From: a virus
Taxonomy: Duplodnaviria; Caudoviricetes
Length of the DNA stretch: 54,524 bases
Strand: one strand, 5' to 3'
IMG/VR virus record: IMGVR_UViG_3300034357_000647
Coordinates: 1-54,524 of that record
Shown: piece by piece, positions 16,318-24,106 of the stretch
Numbering within the stretch: position 1 is the stretch's first letter
How the letters are laid out: the number at the start of each line of letters is the position of its first letter
The notes under the pieces: generated by a model
The model's database searches: none
What the model saw: the letters and a program-made list of their open reading frames with translations, nothing else
What the model was told of the DNA's origin: nothing
Made by a program: the position numbers and the translations under genes

Positions 16318-17952
16318 ATGGCAGTTATAACATTAACAACACAAATGGCTGGTGCTATTAATTACACAGCTACAACTGCATCTTCAGCTGATTGGTCTTC
16401 AGTATCGAACAGTACATATTTTTATGATTTAACAGATAAATTAGTTCATTATAAAAATTCAACTGGAGCAGTATTAGAAATATATGGTTCAGCTGGAGGG
16501 TTAACATACTTTACGGAAGCTCAAAACACTTCAGCACCAAATGCAACAGTAAATGTTGATTCATTAACAGCAATAGCAAGTACAACAAATGCTGATATTT
16601 CTATTGTGCCTAAAGGTACTGGAGCATTTCAATTAGCTGTTCCAGATAATACTACAACTGGTGGAAATAAAAGAGGTCAATATGCAATCGATTTGCAAAG
16701 GATAAGAAGTGCAGCTGCTGGTGCAGCAAGTGGTGATTATTCTTGTATCGTAGGAGGTAGAAATAATACTGCTTCGGGAGAAAGAAGCATGATTTTAGGA
16801 GGTTCTGAAAATACAACAAGTGGGGCAGTAGCAGTAGCAATAGGAGGTTCAAATAATTCAACTGCTGTTTATGCTGTTACAATTGGGTATCAAAACACAG
16901 CAAGTGGAAACTTTTCTGTTGCTATGGGTAATTCTTGTGCAGCAAGTGGATCTAGCTCAACATCATTAGGGATAAGTAATAATATAAGTGGAACAGCAGG
17001 TTTTGGGGCAGGAAGTACAAACACAAATTCTGGTAATTACTCTGCTGTATTTGGACTATCTAATTCAATATCAGGTGCATATACTATTAGAGCTGGTAAT
17101 GGTAATACTGGCAATGCTGCTTATTCAGTAACAACTGGTTACAATAATGTTGTAAGTGGTTCTGAAAATGGTTGTTTCGGTTCTTCATCAACTGTTAGTG
17201 CTAATTATGGTTTTAGTTTAGGTTATCAAAATTCTGTTACTGGACTTTATGGTTTAGCATTAGGAAAAGCGTGTACATCATCACTAGATAGTGCTACTGC
17301 AATAGGTTTACGTTGTAAAGCTACTGGAGAAACTTCTTTAGCTATTGGTGGTTATTTTTATTCTGATTCAACAGCAAGTGGTGGTAATAGTATTATTGTA
17401 GGTTTTGGAACAGCTAGTAGTTCGTTTTCTTCTATATTTGGAAGTGGTACGTGTGACGCACCTTATTCAACTGTTTTAGGGTATCAAGGAAATGCTTTTG
17501 GTTTAACATCAAAAGTTTCTATTAGTACAAATATTTTCACGTCAGCAGGAGATTCTCAAAAAGGTATTGCAAGATATGGAAGAAGAACAACAGATGCAAC
17601 AGTTTCAACGTTAACAGCAAACGGAAATGCTTTAGTTAATCAATCAACTATTTTAGGTTTACAAAACCAACAAATGATTAGGTTTAAAGGTTCTATTACT
17701 GGTAAGCAAAGTGGTTCAACAAATGTTGGAGTATGGGATATTGATGGAGTTATAGTAAGAGGTGCTAATGCAGCTTCAACAACATTAACAATATCTAACA
17801 TTAATTTAGTAACAAATGCTAGTGGGTGGGGATCGCCAACAGTTTCAGCAGACACAACAAATGGAGCTTTAAAAATAGATGTTCAAGGGTTAGCTGGAAC
17901 TAATATACAATGGTTAGCAATTTTAGATACAGTAGAAAATTTATACTTATAA
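16318..17952 (+). CDS. Fibre/spike adhesin with YadA-head-like 14-aa repeats (may be chimeric)
   Basis: Repeats such as ASGNFSVAMGNSCA, ASGSSSTSLGISNN; shares segments with 52407-54524. Confidence 0.8.
   Translation: MAVITLTTQMAGAINYTATTASSADWSSVSNSTYFYDLTDKLVHYKNSTGAVLEIYGSAGGLTYFTEAQNTSAPNATVNVDSLTAIASTTNADISIVPKGTGAFQLAVPDNTTTGGNKRGQYAIDLQRIRSAAAGAASGDYSCIVGGRNNTASGERSMILGGSENTTSGAVAVAIGGSNNSTAVYAVTIGYQNTASGNFSVAMGNSCAASGSSSTSLGISNNISGTAGFGAGSTNTNSGNYSAVFGLSNSISGAYTIRAGNGNTGNAAYSVTTGYNNVVSGSENGCFGSSSTVSANYGFSLGYQNSVTGLYGLALGKACTSSLDSATAIGLRCKATGETSLAIGGYFYSDSTASGGNSIIVGFGTASSSFSSIFGSGTCDAPYSTVLGYQGNAFGLTSKVSISTNIFTSAGDSQKGIARYGRRTTDATVSTLTANGNALVNQSTILGLQNQQMIRFKGSITGKQSGSTNVGVWDIDGVIVRGANAASTTLTISNINLVTNASGWGSPTVSADTTNGALKIDVQGLAGTNIQWLAILDTVENLYL
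16974..17673 (+). repeat. 700-bp direct repeat, copy 1
   Basis: Matches 53825-54524 except A17058 vs T53909 (CTA/CTT, synonymous), read by eye. Confidence 0.95.
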
Positions 17953-17955
17953 AAC

Positions 17956-18303
17956 ATGAAAATACAAACATTAATACCAGTAACATATAATTCTGGAATA
18001 GCAAGTCAACAAACAGCAAAAGTTGAAGGAGAAATAATAATTGTAAGACAAGATTATTTAAGAGATAATTACAACTTCATGTTTACTTACAAAACAGAAG
18101 CAGGTGAACAAATTCAAACACCTTCTTCAGATTTTACATTAACAAAAGATGAAATCAATGCTTTTTATAATGTTGTAAAAGTAGGAGTACCAACAGATAT
18201 GCAATATTTTGAAACAACTCAATATGTTTATTATCTAGGCTTCAAAGTAGAAATGGCAAAAACTTTTGGTATTGAGCCAAGTGATATTGAGATAATTTTA
18301 TAA
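17956..18303 (+). CDS. Probable fibre assembly chaperone
   Basis: 115 aa directly after fibre gene. Confidence 0.6.
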   Translation: MKIQTLIPVTYNSGIASQQTAKVEGEIIIVRQDYLRDNYNFMFTYKTEAGEQIQTPSSDFTLTKDEINAFYNVVKVGVPTDMQYFETTQYVYYLGFKVEMAKTFGIEPSDIEIIL

Positions 18304-18305
18304 TT

Positions 18306-18461
18306 ATGGAAAAAGAATTAACAGAAGTTGAAAAAGCACAACAATTAATTGAACAAGAAAAACAAGAACGTGCTGAAGCATTCAAACAAGAATTAAATGC
18401 TTTATGTGAAAAATATAAATGTTCATTATATTCTGGTCAAGTAATGATCCAAGTTAACTAA
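18306..18461 (+). CDS. Small helical protein (51 aa), not in ORF track
   Basis: MEKELTEVEKAQQLIEQEKQERAEAFKQELNALCEKYKC...*. Confidence 0.65.
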   Translation: MEKELTEVEKAQQLIEQEKQERAEAFKQELNALCEKYKCSLYSGQVMIQVN

Positions 18462-18466
18462 CTGAC

Positions 18467-18497
18467 AAAAGCCAAGCATTAATCTGTTTGGCTTTTT
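18467..18497 (+). terminator. Intrinsic terminator
   Basis: aaaagccaagca-loop-tgtttggctttt. Confidence 0.8.
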
Positions 18498-18527
18498 GTT
18501 TACATTTGTTCAATAAGCGATTAAAGG

Positions 18528-18884
18528 ATGAATGCAGAAGATTATATAAAATTAGTAATTGGATTAGTTGTTGCTATAATAGGTTACTTTGTAAGAGATT
18601 TAGTAAAACAGTTAAAGGATTTGAATAATAATGTCAATTCTAAAACAATTAAATTTCATGATGAAGTAAGTGTTTTAAAAAGTAAAGTAAGTGCATTAGA
18701 ACAAGCCCACGATACTAAATTTGATAATCTGGAAAAGATAATCGATCTGAAGTTTACACAACAGAATCAAAACATTGAGGAATTAAAGAGTGCTGTTCGC
18801 CATGCTGAAAGAACTATTAACATGAATGCCACTGCCTTTGTTGATCTTTTAAAGGAATTAAAAAAAAATAATATAAATTTATAA
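18528..18884 (+). CDS. Lysis-module membrane protein (holin/antiholin-like)
   Basis: N-terminal TM LVIGLVVAIIGYFV plus coiled coil; TACATTTG promoter at 18501-18508. Confidence 0.6.
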   Translation: MNAEDYIKLVIGLVVAIIGYFVRDLVKQLKDLNNNVNSKTIKFHDEVSVLKSKVSALEQAHDTKFDNLEKIIDLKFTQQNQNIEELKSAVRHAERTINMNATAFVDLLKELKKNNINL

Positions 18885-18886
18885 CT

Positions 18887-18916
18887 ATGAAAATAATTGA
18901 AAATTTCAAGAAATAA
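18887..18916 (+). pseudogene. Remnant 5' end of the gene now starting at 19550
   Basis: MKIIENFKK* versus MKLIENLKDK; the two flank the HNH cassette. Confidence 0.6.
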
Positions 18917-18927
18917 CATAATTTTTT

Positions 18928-19032
18928 TATATTTGTAACGAGGATAGATAGGAGGTAATTAGCCTATTGACAAGTCGAAGCGTTTACGATTTCCTCATTC
19001 ATTTTTAAACGCAATTATTTAAACGCAAAATT
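18928..19032 (+). promoter_or_regulatory. Promoter plus structured 5' leader of HNH gene
   Basis: TATATTTG 18928-18935; gagga/tcctc outer stem; loop gcgttta complementary to taaacgc at 19006 and 19020. Confidence 0.6.
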
Positions 19033-19563
19033 ATGCTAAAAGAAGTATGGAAAGATGTGCCTGATTATGAGGATTTATATCAGGTTAGTAATTTAGGTAA
19101 TATCAAATCTTTATCAAAATTAGTTAAAATGCCAAATAACGGCTTTAGAGTGCAAAATGAAAAATTATTAGTGTTAAGTAAAGATACAAAAGGATATTAT
19201 TCAATTAAATTATGTTTAAAAGGTAAAGCAAAGTCATTTAGTGTTCATAAATTAGTAGCGATGGCTTTCTTAAACCACAAACCTGATGGGACACAAAAAA
19301 TAGTAGTTGACCATATTAATAATATAAGAACAGATAATAGAGTTGAAAATTTACAATTAATAAGTCAACGTGAAAACACTTCAAAAACAAAAAGAGGAAA
19401 CTCAATTTATACTGGTGTTTTTTACAGTGAAAAAAATGAAAACTATAAATCATCTATAAGATATAAAGGCAAAAGAATAAATTTAGGTACATTTAAAACA
19501 GAATTAGAAGCCTATAATGCTTATCGATATAAATTAAAACAAATAAATAATGAAATTAATTGA
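19033..19563 (+). CDS. NUMOD4-HNH homing endonuclease with AP2-like C-terminus
   Basis: WKDVPDYEDLYQVSNLG; VHKLVAMAF; VDHINNIRTDNRVENL; NLGTFKTELEA. Confidence 0.9.
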   Translation: MLKEVWKDVPDYEDLYQVSNLGNIKSLSKLVKMPNNGFRVQNEKLLVLSKDTKGYYSIKLCLKGKAKSFSVHKLVAMAFLNHKPDGTQKIVVDHINNIRTDNRVENLQLISQRENTSKTKRGNSIYTGVFYSEKNENYKSSIRYKGKRINLGTFKTELEAYNAYRYKLKQINNEIN

Positions 19564-19756
19564 AAACTTAAAAGATAAAACTCCAAGAAAACACAAAATT
19601 GCAGGAAGAATTGCAACTGCTTTATCAATCGCATCTTTGTCAATTGCTGAAAGTGGTATTGTAGATTCAAAACCATTAATTAAAATAGGTTTACAAACTG
19701 TATCTGTATTATTTGGAGGACAAGCAATGTATCATGGAAATAAAGTATTAAAATGA
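19550..19756 (+). CDS. Putative holin
   Basis: 68 aa with two hydrophobic segments, upstream of endolysin. Confidence 0.5.
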   Translation: MKLIENLKDKTPRKHKIAGRIATALSIASLSIAESGIVDSKPLIKIGLQTVSVLFGGQAMYHGNKVLK

Positions 19757-19836
19757 TTGATGTAACTCTTTTTTTTCTTGGATGTTTAATTGTTATATTT
19801 ATACTTTCAAAAATTGATATAGATGAGCAACGTTAA
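19753..19836 (+). CDS. Tiny membrane peptide (27 aa) in lysis module
   Basis: MIDVTLFFLGCLIVIFILSKIDIDEQR* overlapping both neighbours. Confidence 0.4.
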   Translation: MIDVTLFFLGCLIVIFILSKIDIDEQR

Positions 19837-20371
19837 AAAATACACCGATCAACAAATATTAAATCAAGTCAAAGAATTAAAAGGATTCAAACATTTCCCA
19901 TCTAATTTCTGGATTGTTGGGATAAGATCAAATGAAGATGCAAATGATGTTTATGATGATAAGTTTTATTTCTTTAAAGGAATAGAATTTATTTGTGTAA
20001 CTTCTGGAACTACCAACAAAGGAAATAAGGGAACAGCTGTAATGTTGGAAGGAATTTATTATGATTCTTATTCATATGGATTGCATAGAGGGAAAATGCC
20101 TTCATTAAAACAAGTGAAAGGAATTAGCTATAAAAGAGATTTCACAAACGATTTAAAAACTAATCCAACAACAGAAACTTTTTCAAATATTATAGGATTG
20201 AATATCCACGCTTGTTCTTATGATCTTACTTTAAATGTAGTAAAGAAAAATATTGGAGGATGGTCCGAAGGTTGTCAAGTGATGAATGACATTAAATTTT
20301 ATTCAGAAACTTTTATTCCCATGATTAAAAAGAATGGATTTACAACTTATGTTTTATTAAATGAATTTTGA
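19823..20371 (+). CDS. Putative endolysin (His/Cys, L,D-transpeptidase-like)
   Basis: IVGIRS...YDD, GLHRGK, GLNIH and WSEGCQV pattern; lysis-module position. Confidence 0.7.
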   Translation: MSNVKKYTDQQILNQVKELKGFKHFPSNFWIVGIRSNEDANDVYDDKFYFFKGIEFICVTSGTTNKGNKGTAVMLEGIYYDSYSYGLHRGKMPSLKQVKGISYKRDFTNDLKTNPTTETFSNIIGLNIHACSYDLTLNVVKKNIGGWSEGCQVMNDIKFYSETFIPMIKKNGFTTYVLLNEF

Positions 20372-20388
20372 TATTAAATAAAAAACAC

Positions 20389-20480
20389 TACATTTGTCAT
20401 GAAGCGACTTTTCTAGCAATTAGCTTTTTGATTTTTTTTTGATTCCGAATAGCACTTTATTAATTTAGAGTGCTATTTTT
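20389..20480 (+). ncRNA. Candidate small RNA (promoter, ~80 nt, terminator)
   Basis: TACATTTG 20389-20396, U-rich body, hairpin aatagcact...agtgctatt plus T run at 20448-20480. Confidence 0.4.
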
Positions 20481-20485
20481 GTTAT

Positions 20486-20689
20486 ATGAGATTGGATCAA
20501 TTAGAAATGGAACTTAAAAAGATTGAAATACCTAAATCAATCAAAATTAAAAGCGACTTAAATATTATAGATTGCCAAAAGTTTATTGATTCTCATTTAA
20601 CTATTCTGAAGGCAAATTCTGGAAACAAACGCTTCATTCCTTATTATAATAGATTGATATTATTTTACGAAAAAATAAAAAATATTTAA
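20486..20689 (+). CDS. Hypothetical protein (DUF6965-like)
   Basis: KFIDSHLTILKANSGNKRFIPYYNRL pattern recalled from Bacteroidota proteins. Confidence 0.55.
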   Translation: MRLDQLEMELKKIEIPKSIKIKSDLNIIDCQKFIDSHLTILKANSGNKRFIPYYNRLILFYEKIKNI

Positions 20690-20728
20690 TTATTTTTAAT
20701 AAATAGTTTTTATATTAAAATAAATGTT

Positions 20729-20736
20729 TATATTTG
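20729..20736 (+). promoter_or_regulatory. Early promoter; same TATATTTGT context at 22633, 24067, 25197, 29044
   Basis: Repeated TATATTTGT, in four cases followed by an A run and a start codon. Confidence 0.7.
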
Positions 20737-20751
20737 TAAAAAAAAACAAAT

Positions 20752-20997
20752 ATGAAAAGAGTTAAAATATCAATGAACAAACAATACTGGATCGAAGGTG
20801 TTGTTGCAGGATTCAATCCAATTACAGAAAGATTCTTAATTGCTTCGCCACAAGATGGAAGGTTGTTAGCTTATAACTTTATTTCAGATTTAGATGAAGA
20901 AATTATTTCAGAATCAGAACTTGAACAAATTAAAAAAGAACAGAAGGAAATCGCTGTTCAATCATTAAGTAATTTACGATCTAAATTTTCAGTATAA
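20752..20997 (+). CDS. Hypothetical protein
   Basis: First ORF after promoter. Confidence 0.7.
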   Translation: MKRVKISMNKQYWIEGVVAGFNPITERFLIASPQDGRLLAYNFISDLDEEIISESELEQIKKEQKEIAVQSLSNLRSKFSV

Positions 20998-21155
20998 TGT
21001 TAGAACTAATCAAAGAAGAAATTAATTACTTGGAAGAAAAATTAAATCATTTAGAATGCTTCCTTCCAGAAATGGAGGGAGCAGAAAGAAGGGAAGCAAT
21101 TTATGTTGCACAAGTCTACAAAGAAACAATTGAAAAACTTAAAAACAGATTATAA
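20997..21155 (+). CDS. Small hypothetical protein (52 aa), not in ORF track
   Basis: TAATG coupling at both ends; MLELIKEEINYLEEKL... Confidence 0.6.
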   Translation: MLELIKEEINYLEEKLNHLECFLPEMEGAERREAIYVAQVYKETIEKLKNRL

Positions 21156-21319
21156 TGAAAAAAGGATTTGACATATTATTTTGTGAGAAAATTAAAGAGA
21201 AATCACAAACAACTGATTCATGGGATGGAAACAGTTATAAACCAAAGAAAGAATTTGGATCAAAGTTTTTGAAAAATAAATTAAAAGAAATTCAAAATGA
21301 AAAAAGTCGCATTAATTAG
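21155..21319 (+). CDS. Small hypothetical protein (54 aa), not in ORF track
   Basis: TAATG coupling; MKKGFDILFCEKIKEK... Confidence 0.5.
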   Translation: MKKGFDILFCEKIKEKSQTTDSWDGNSYKPKKEFGSKFLKNKLKEIQNEKSRIN

Positions 21320-21527
21320 TTTTATTCTTTCAACTGGTTTACTTATTTATTTATCGATTCTAAACAGTCAAAAAGAATACCATTATAAAATAGTACACTT
21401 CAAAGAAGAAACAAGCTTAAATCAAAGCTTTGCTATCAAAAAAGAAAAAGAAATGATTGATGTTTACTCTTTTGATGAATGTAACCAAAAAGAACATCAT
21501 GGGAATTGTTTAAAATGTAATAATTAA
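21297..21527 (+). CDS. Hypothetical protein with N-terminal TM
   Basis: VALISFILSTGLLIYLSIL; C-terminal HHGNCLKC. Confidence 0.6.
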   Translation: MKKVALISFILSTGLLIYLSILNSQKEYHYKIVHFKEETSLNQSFAIKKEKEMIDVYSFDECNQKEHHGNCLKCNN

Positions 21528-21540
21528 AAATCAAAATAAA

Positions 21541-21762
21541 ATGAAAATCGAAATCAAAGCAAAAGAACTGGTGGAACAATTCAGAATGGACAACACTAGT
21601 GAAGGAGAAATGAGAGCTGTTAAGTGTGCTTTAATATGTATTGATGAGATCATTCAAACTTGTGCATTAGATGAAGATTATAAAGGTTGGGATAGATTAA
21701 ATTCAACACATCGTAAATATTGGGATGAGCTTTATAATGAAGTTGAAAAATTGAATAAATAG
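21541..21762 (+). CDS. Hypothetical phage protein
   Basis: KAKELVEQF...CALICIDEII...YW pattern. Confidence 0.7.
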   Translation: MKIEIKAKELVEQFRMDNTSEGEMRAVKCALICIDEIIQTCALDEDYKGWDRLNSTHRKYWDELYNEVEKLNK

Positions 21763-21786
21763 TAATAAATATAAAATCAAAATAAA

Positions 21787-22233
21787 ATGAAAAAAGTAAT
21801 TTTAAACATCGCATCTGTATTATTAGTAAATATATCATTTGCACAATGGATCAATAAAACTGTAGATAATGGATTTGATGATCCTTACAGAATTTGTTAT
21901 TCAAAACCTAACAATGGAGCAATTCTTAAATTAGAAAATGTAGAAGGACAAATTTCTTTCTATATTCAAGGGACTTATTTTTGTAGTGATTCTCCAATAG
22001 TTGACATTTCCTTCCTGGTGAATAATCAATGGATTAAATATAGCATTATGGGAATCAAAAATGAACAAAGTGATGTTTTATTTTTGGTTGATGATTTTGA
22101 AAATAATGAAATGTTTGTTGACTTTCTGAAATCAAATTCTGTTAAATTAAGAGTAAATGAAGAATATTGTGATACGGATTATTTCCAATTTAATATGGCA
22201 GGAAGTACTTCTGCTTTTAAGTTTTTAAAATGA
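21787..22233 (+). CDS. Exported hypothetical protein
   Basis: Sec-type signal MKKVILNIASVLLVNISFA-QW. Confidence 0.7.
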   Translation: MKKVILNIASVLLVNISFAQWINKTVDNGFDDPYRICYSKPNNGAILKLENVEGQISFYIQGTYFCSDSPIVDISFLVNNQWIKYSIMGIKNEQSDVLFLVDDFENNEMFVDFLKSNSVKLRVNEEYCDTDYFQFNMAGSTSAFKFLK

Positions 22234-22487
22234 AAATAGAAGATGTAATTTTGGAAATACATTTGTATGAATGTAAACATATAAATCATGAAATTGATTT
22301 TATTTTAGTTTCAGAAGATAATTATGTTAGTCTAAAAAGAGAAATGGTAAGTGAAATAAGATACGGTTTTCTTGAAAGTATAGATATTATGAAAAGACCA
22401 ATAATGAAAATTAAAGGAATTGATTTTTCTTTTCATGAATTAATAAAAGGTAATAGTATTATCATATGTGGAAAAAATAGAATCTAA
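22230..22487 (+). CDS. Hypothetical protein
   Basis: ATGA overlap with previous gene. Confidence 0.55.
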   Translation: MKIEDVILEIHLYECKHINHEIDFILVSEDNYVSLKREMVSEIRYGFLESIDIMKRPIMKIKGIDFSFHELIKGNSIIICGKNRI

Positions 22488-22655
22488 TTAAAATGAAATG
22501 TAAAGGATTAAAACCAGGATCAGTAATTGCGAAATGTATTGAACCAAAAATAAATTCAGACTTTATAATCAACAATTTAAAAGAAAAATTAAAAAATTAT
22601 AAAAGAATGTTTATTTAATTAAAATAAATAGTTATATTTGTAAAAAAAAACAGCA

Positions 22656-22883
22656 ATGAAAAAATTAACATTAAAGGACTTCTTTAAAAGCGTAATTGCT
22701 CAAAAAGGAATGTCAATAAAAGATTTAGCAGAGGCATCTGGAAAATCAGAAGCAAACGTTTCAACTATCCTTTCAAAAGGAAAATTAAGCATGACTACAT
22801 TTGAACAGTTAATGAATGGATGTGGTGAAGAAGTAACGATCATCTTAAAGGATGGAAATAAATATTCGTTAACAATTAAATAG
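22656..22883 (+). CDS. XRE-family HTH regulator
   Basis: GMSIKDLAEASGKSEANVSTIL. Confidence 0.8.
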   Translation: MKKLTLKDFFKSVIAQKGMSIKDLAEASGKSEANVSTILSKGKLSMTTFEQLMNGCGEEVTIILKDGNKYSLTIK

Positions 22884-22905
22884 TAATCTTTAAATACAAA
22901 TAAAA

Positions 22906-23304
22906 ATGGAAAGTCAAGAAAATCAAATCGAAAAATTAGCAGGAACAAAAGTTAGTTTTGTAATGCCAGACACGGAATCACTTGGTCAATTAGATTCAAT
23001 GGAAAAGCAGTTTAATCTTACAATGAAGTATAGAACAACAGATGATTGGGCCGTTCTTAAAGATATTCCAGTTCGTGCTTTTTACATGGGTGTTAAATCA
23101 ATTCCAAATGAAAATGGTGAACTTGTAAATTGTGGAGTATTCATTACTCAAAAAGAATGCTTTATTTCTGGTCAAATGTTGCTTCTGGATGCGGTTCAAA
23201 ACTTGATCCCAAAAACTCCGATTGAAATTATCTACAGAGGTAAAACAAAAAACAAAACCACAGATGGAATGACTTGTGTTTTTGAAGTTTCTAAATTAAA
23301 TTAA
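22906..23304 (+). CDS. Hypothetical, possibly OB-fold ssDNA-binding or recombination partner
   Basis: Beta-rich, directly upstream of exonuclease. Confidence 0.5.
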   Translation: MESQENQIEKLAGTKVSFVMPDTESLGQLDSMEKQFNLTMKYRTTDDWAVLKDIPVRAFYMGVKSIPNENGELVNCGVFITQKECFISGQMLLLDAVQNLIPKTPIEIIYRGKTKNKTTDGMTCVFEVSKLN

Positions 23305-23309
23305 TAGAA

Positions 23310-24038
23310 ATGTTTAGCGAGATTTTAAAACAAATTGAGCAAGAAGTTGGGGAGTTAGATTTTAACTCCCTTTCTTCTTATGAATCACCTTCTGATTTGA
23401 AAAGAACTGAATGGTTGATTAAAAGACGTGGAAGGTTTACAGCGAGTGAATCTGTTCGATTAATGGGGTATGAAGATAAACTTGAATTTCCAGAAGGTGC
23501 AATGACTTATGCAACTGAAAAAGCACTTGAAGTTTTAACCGAGTTCGGACAAGATCGAAAGATTAATTCTAAATCAGTTGAATGGGGAAATCTAACAGAA
23601 TCAGAAGCTTGTGAAGTGTTCATGGAAAGATTCAATATTACAGTTGAAAACTATGGAAGCAATCAAGAACTATTTGAAAAAGGTGAACATTTATCTTGTA
23701 CTCCAGATGGAATAATTAAAGATGAAAATGGATTTATTGAAGCAGGAATTGAAACTAAATGCCCAGATTCAAAAACTCATTTATTTTACATGGATCAATT
23801 GACAAATGAAACTTTCAAAAAACTATGCACAAAGTATTACTGGCAAATTCAAACTTGTATGTATGTAACAAATGCAAAGTTTTGGTACTTCATTTCATAT
23901 GATCCTGCCTTCAAAAAAGAATCGAATCGTTTATTCGTTTTAAAAATAGAACGTAATGAAGAAGATATTGCGAAATTTAGAAGAAGATTAGGCCAAGCAA
24001 TAAAACAAAAACAAAGAATATTAGAAAAATATAATTAA
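23310..24038 (+). CDS. YqaJ/lambda-exonuclease family protein
   Basis: WLIKRRGRFTAS, WGNLTE, CTPDG, ETKCP, YYWQIQ, FISYDP. Confidence 0.9.
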   Translation: MFSEILKQIEQEVGELDFNSLSSYESPSDLKRTEWLIKRRGRFTASESVRLMGYEDKLEFPEGAMTYATEKALEVLTEFGQDRKINSKSVEWGNLTESEACEVFMERFNITVENYGSNQELFEKGEHLSCTPDGIIKDENGFIEAGIETKCPDSKTHLFYMDQLTNETFKKLCTKYYWQIQTCMYVTNAKFWYFISYDPAFKKESNRLFVLKIERNEEDIAKFRRRLGQAIKQKQRILEKYN

Positions 24039-24106
24039 ATAATATTATTAATTAAATAATTATTTATATATTTGTAAAAATTATTAACATTTAAAAACAA
24101 ATCAAA

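Larger units (their letters stand above)
1..16973 (+). mobile_element. Partial genome of a tailless, probably internal-membrane dsDNA virus (jelly-roll capsid, FtsK-type packaging ATPase)
   Basis: Packaging-type P-loop ATPase, beta-rich capsid-like paralogues, many small TM proteins, spike genes; no terminase, portal or tail genes here; left end truncated. Confidence 0.75.
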
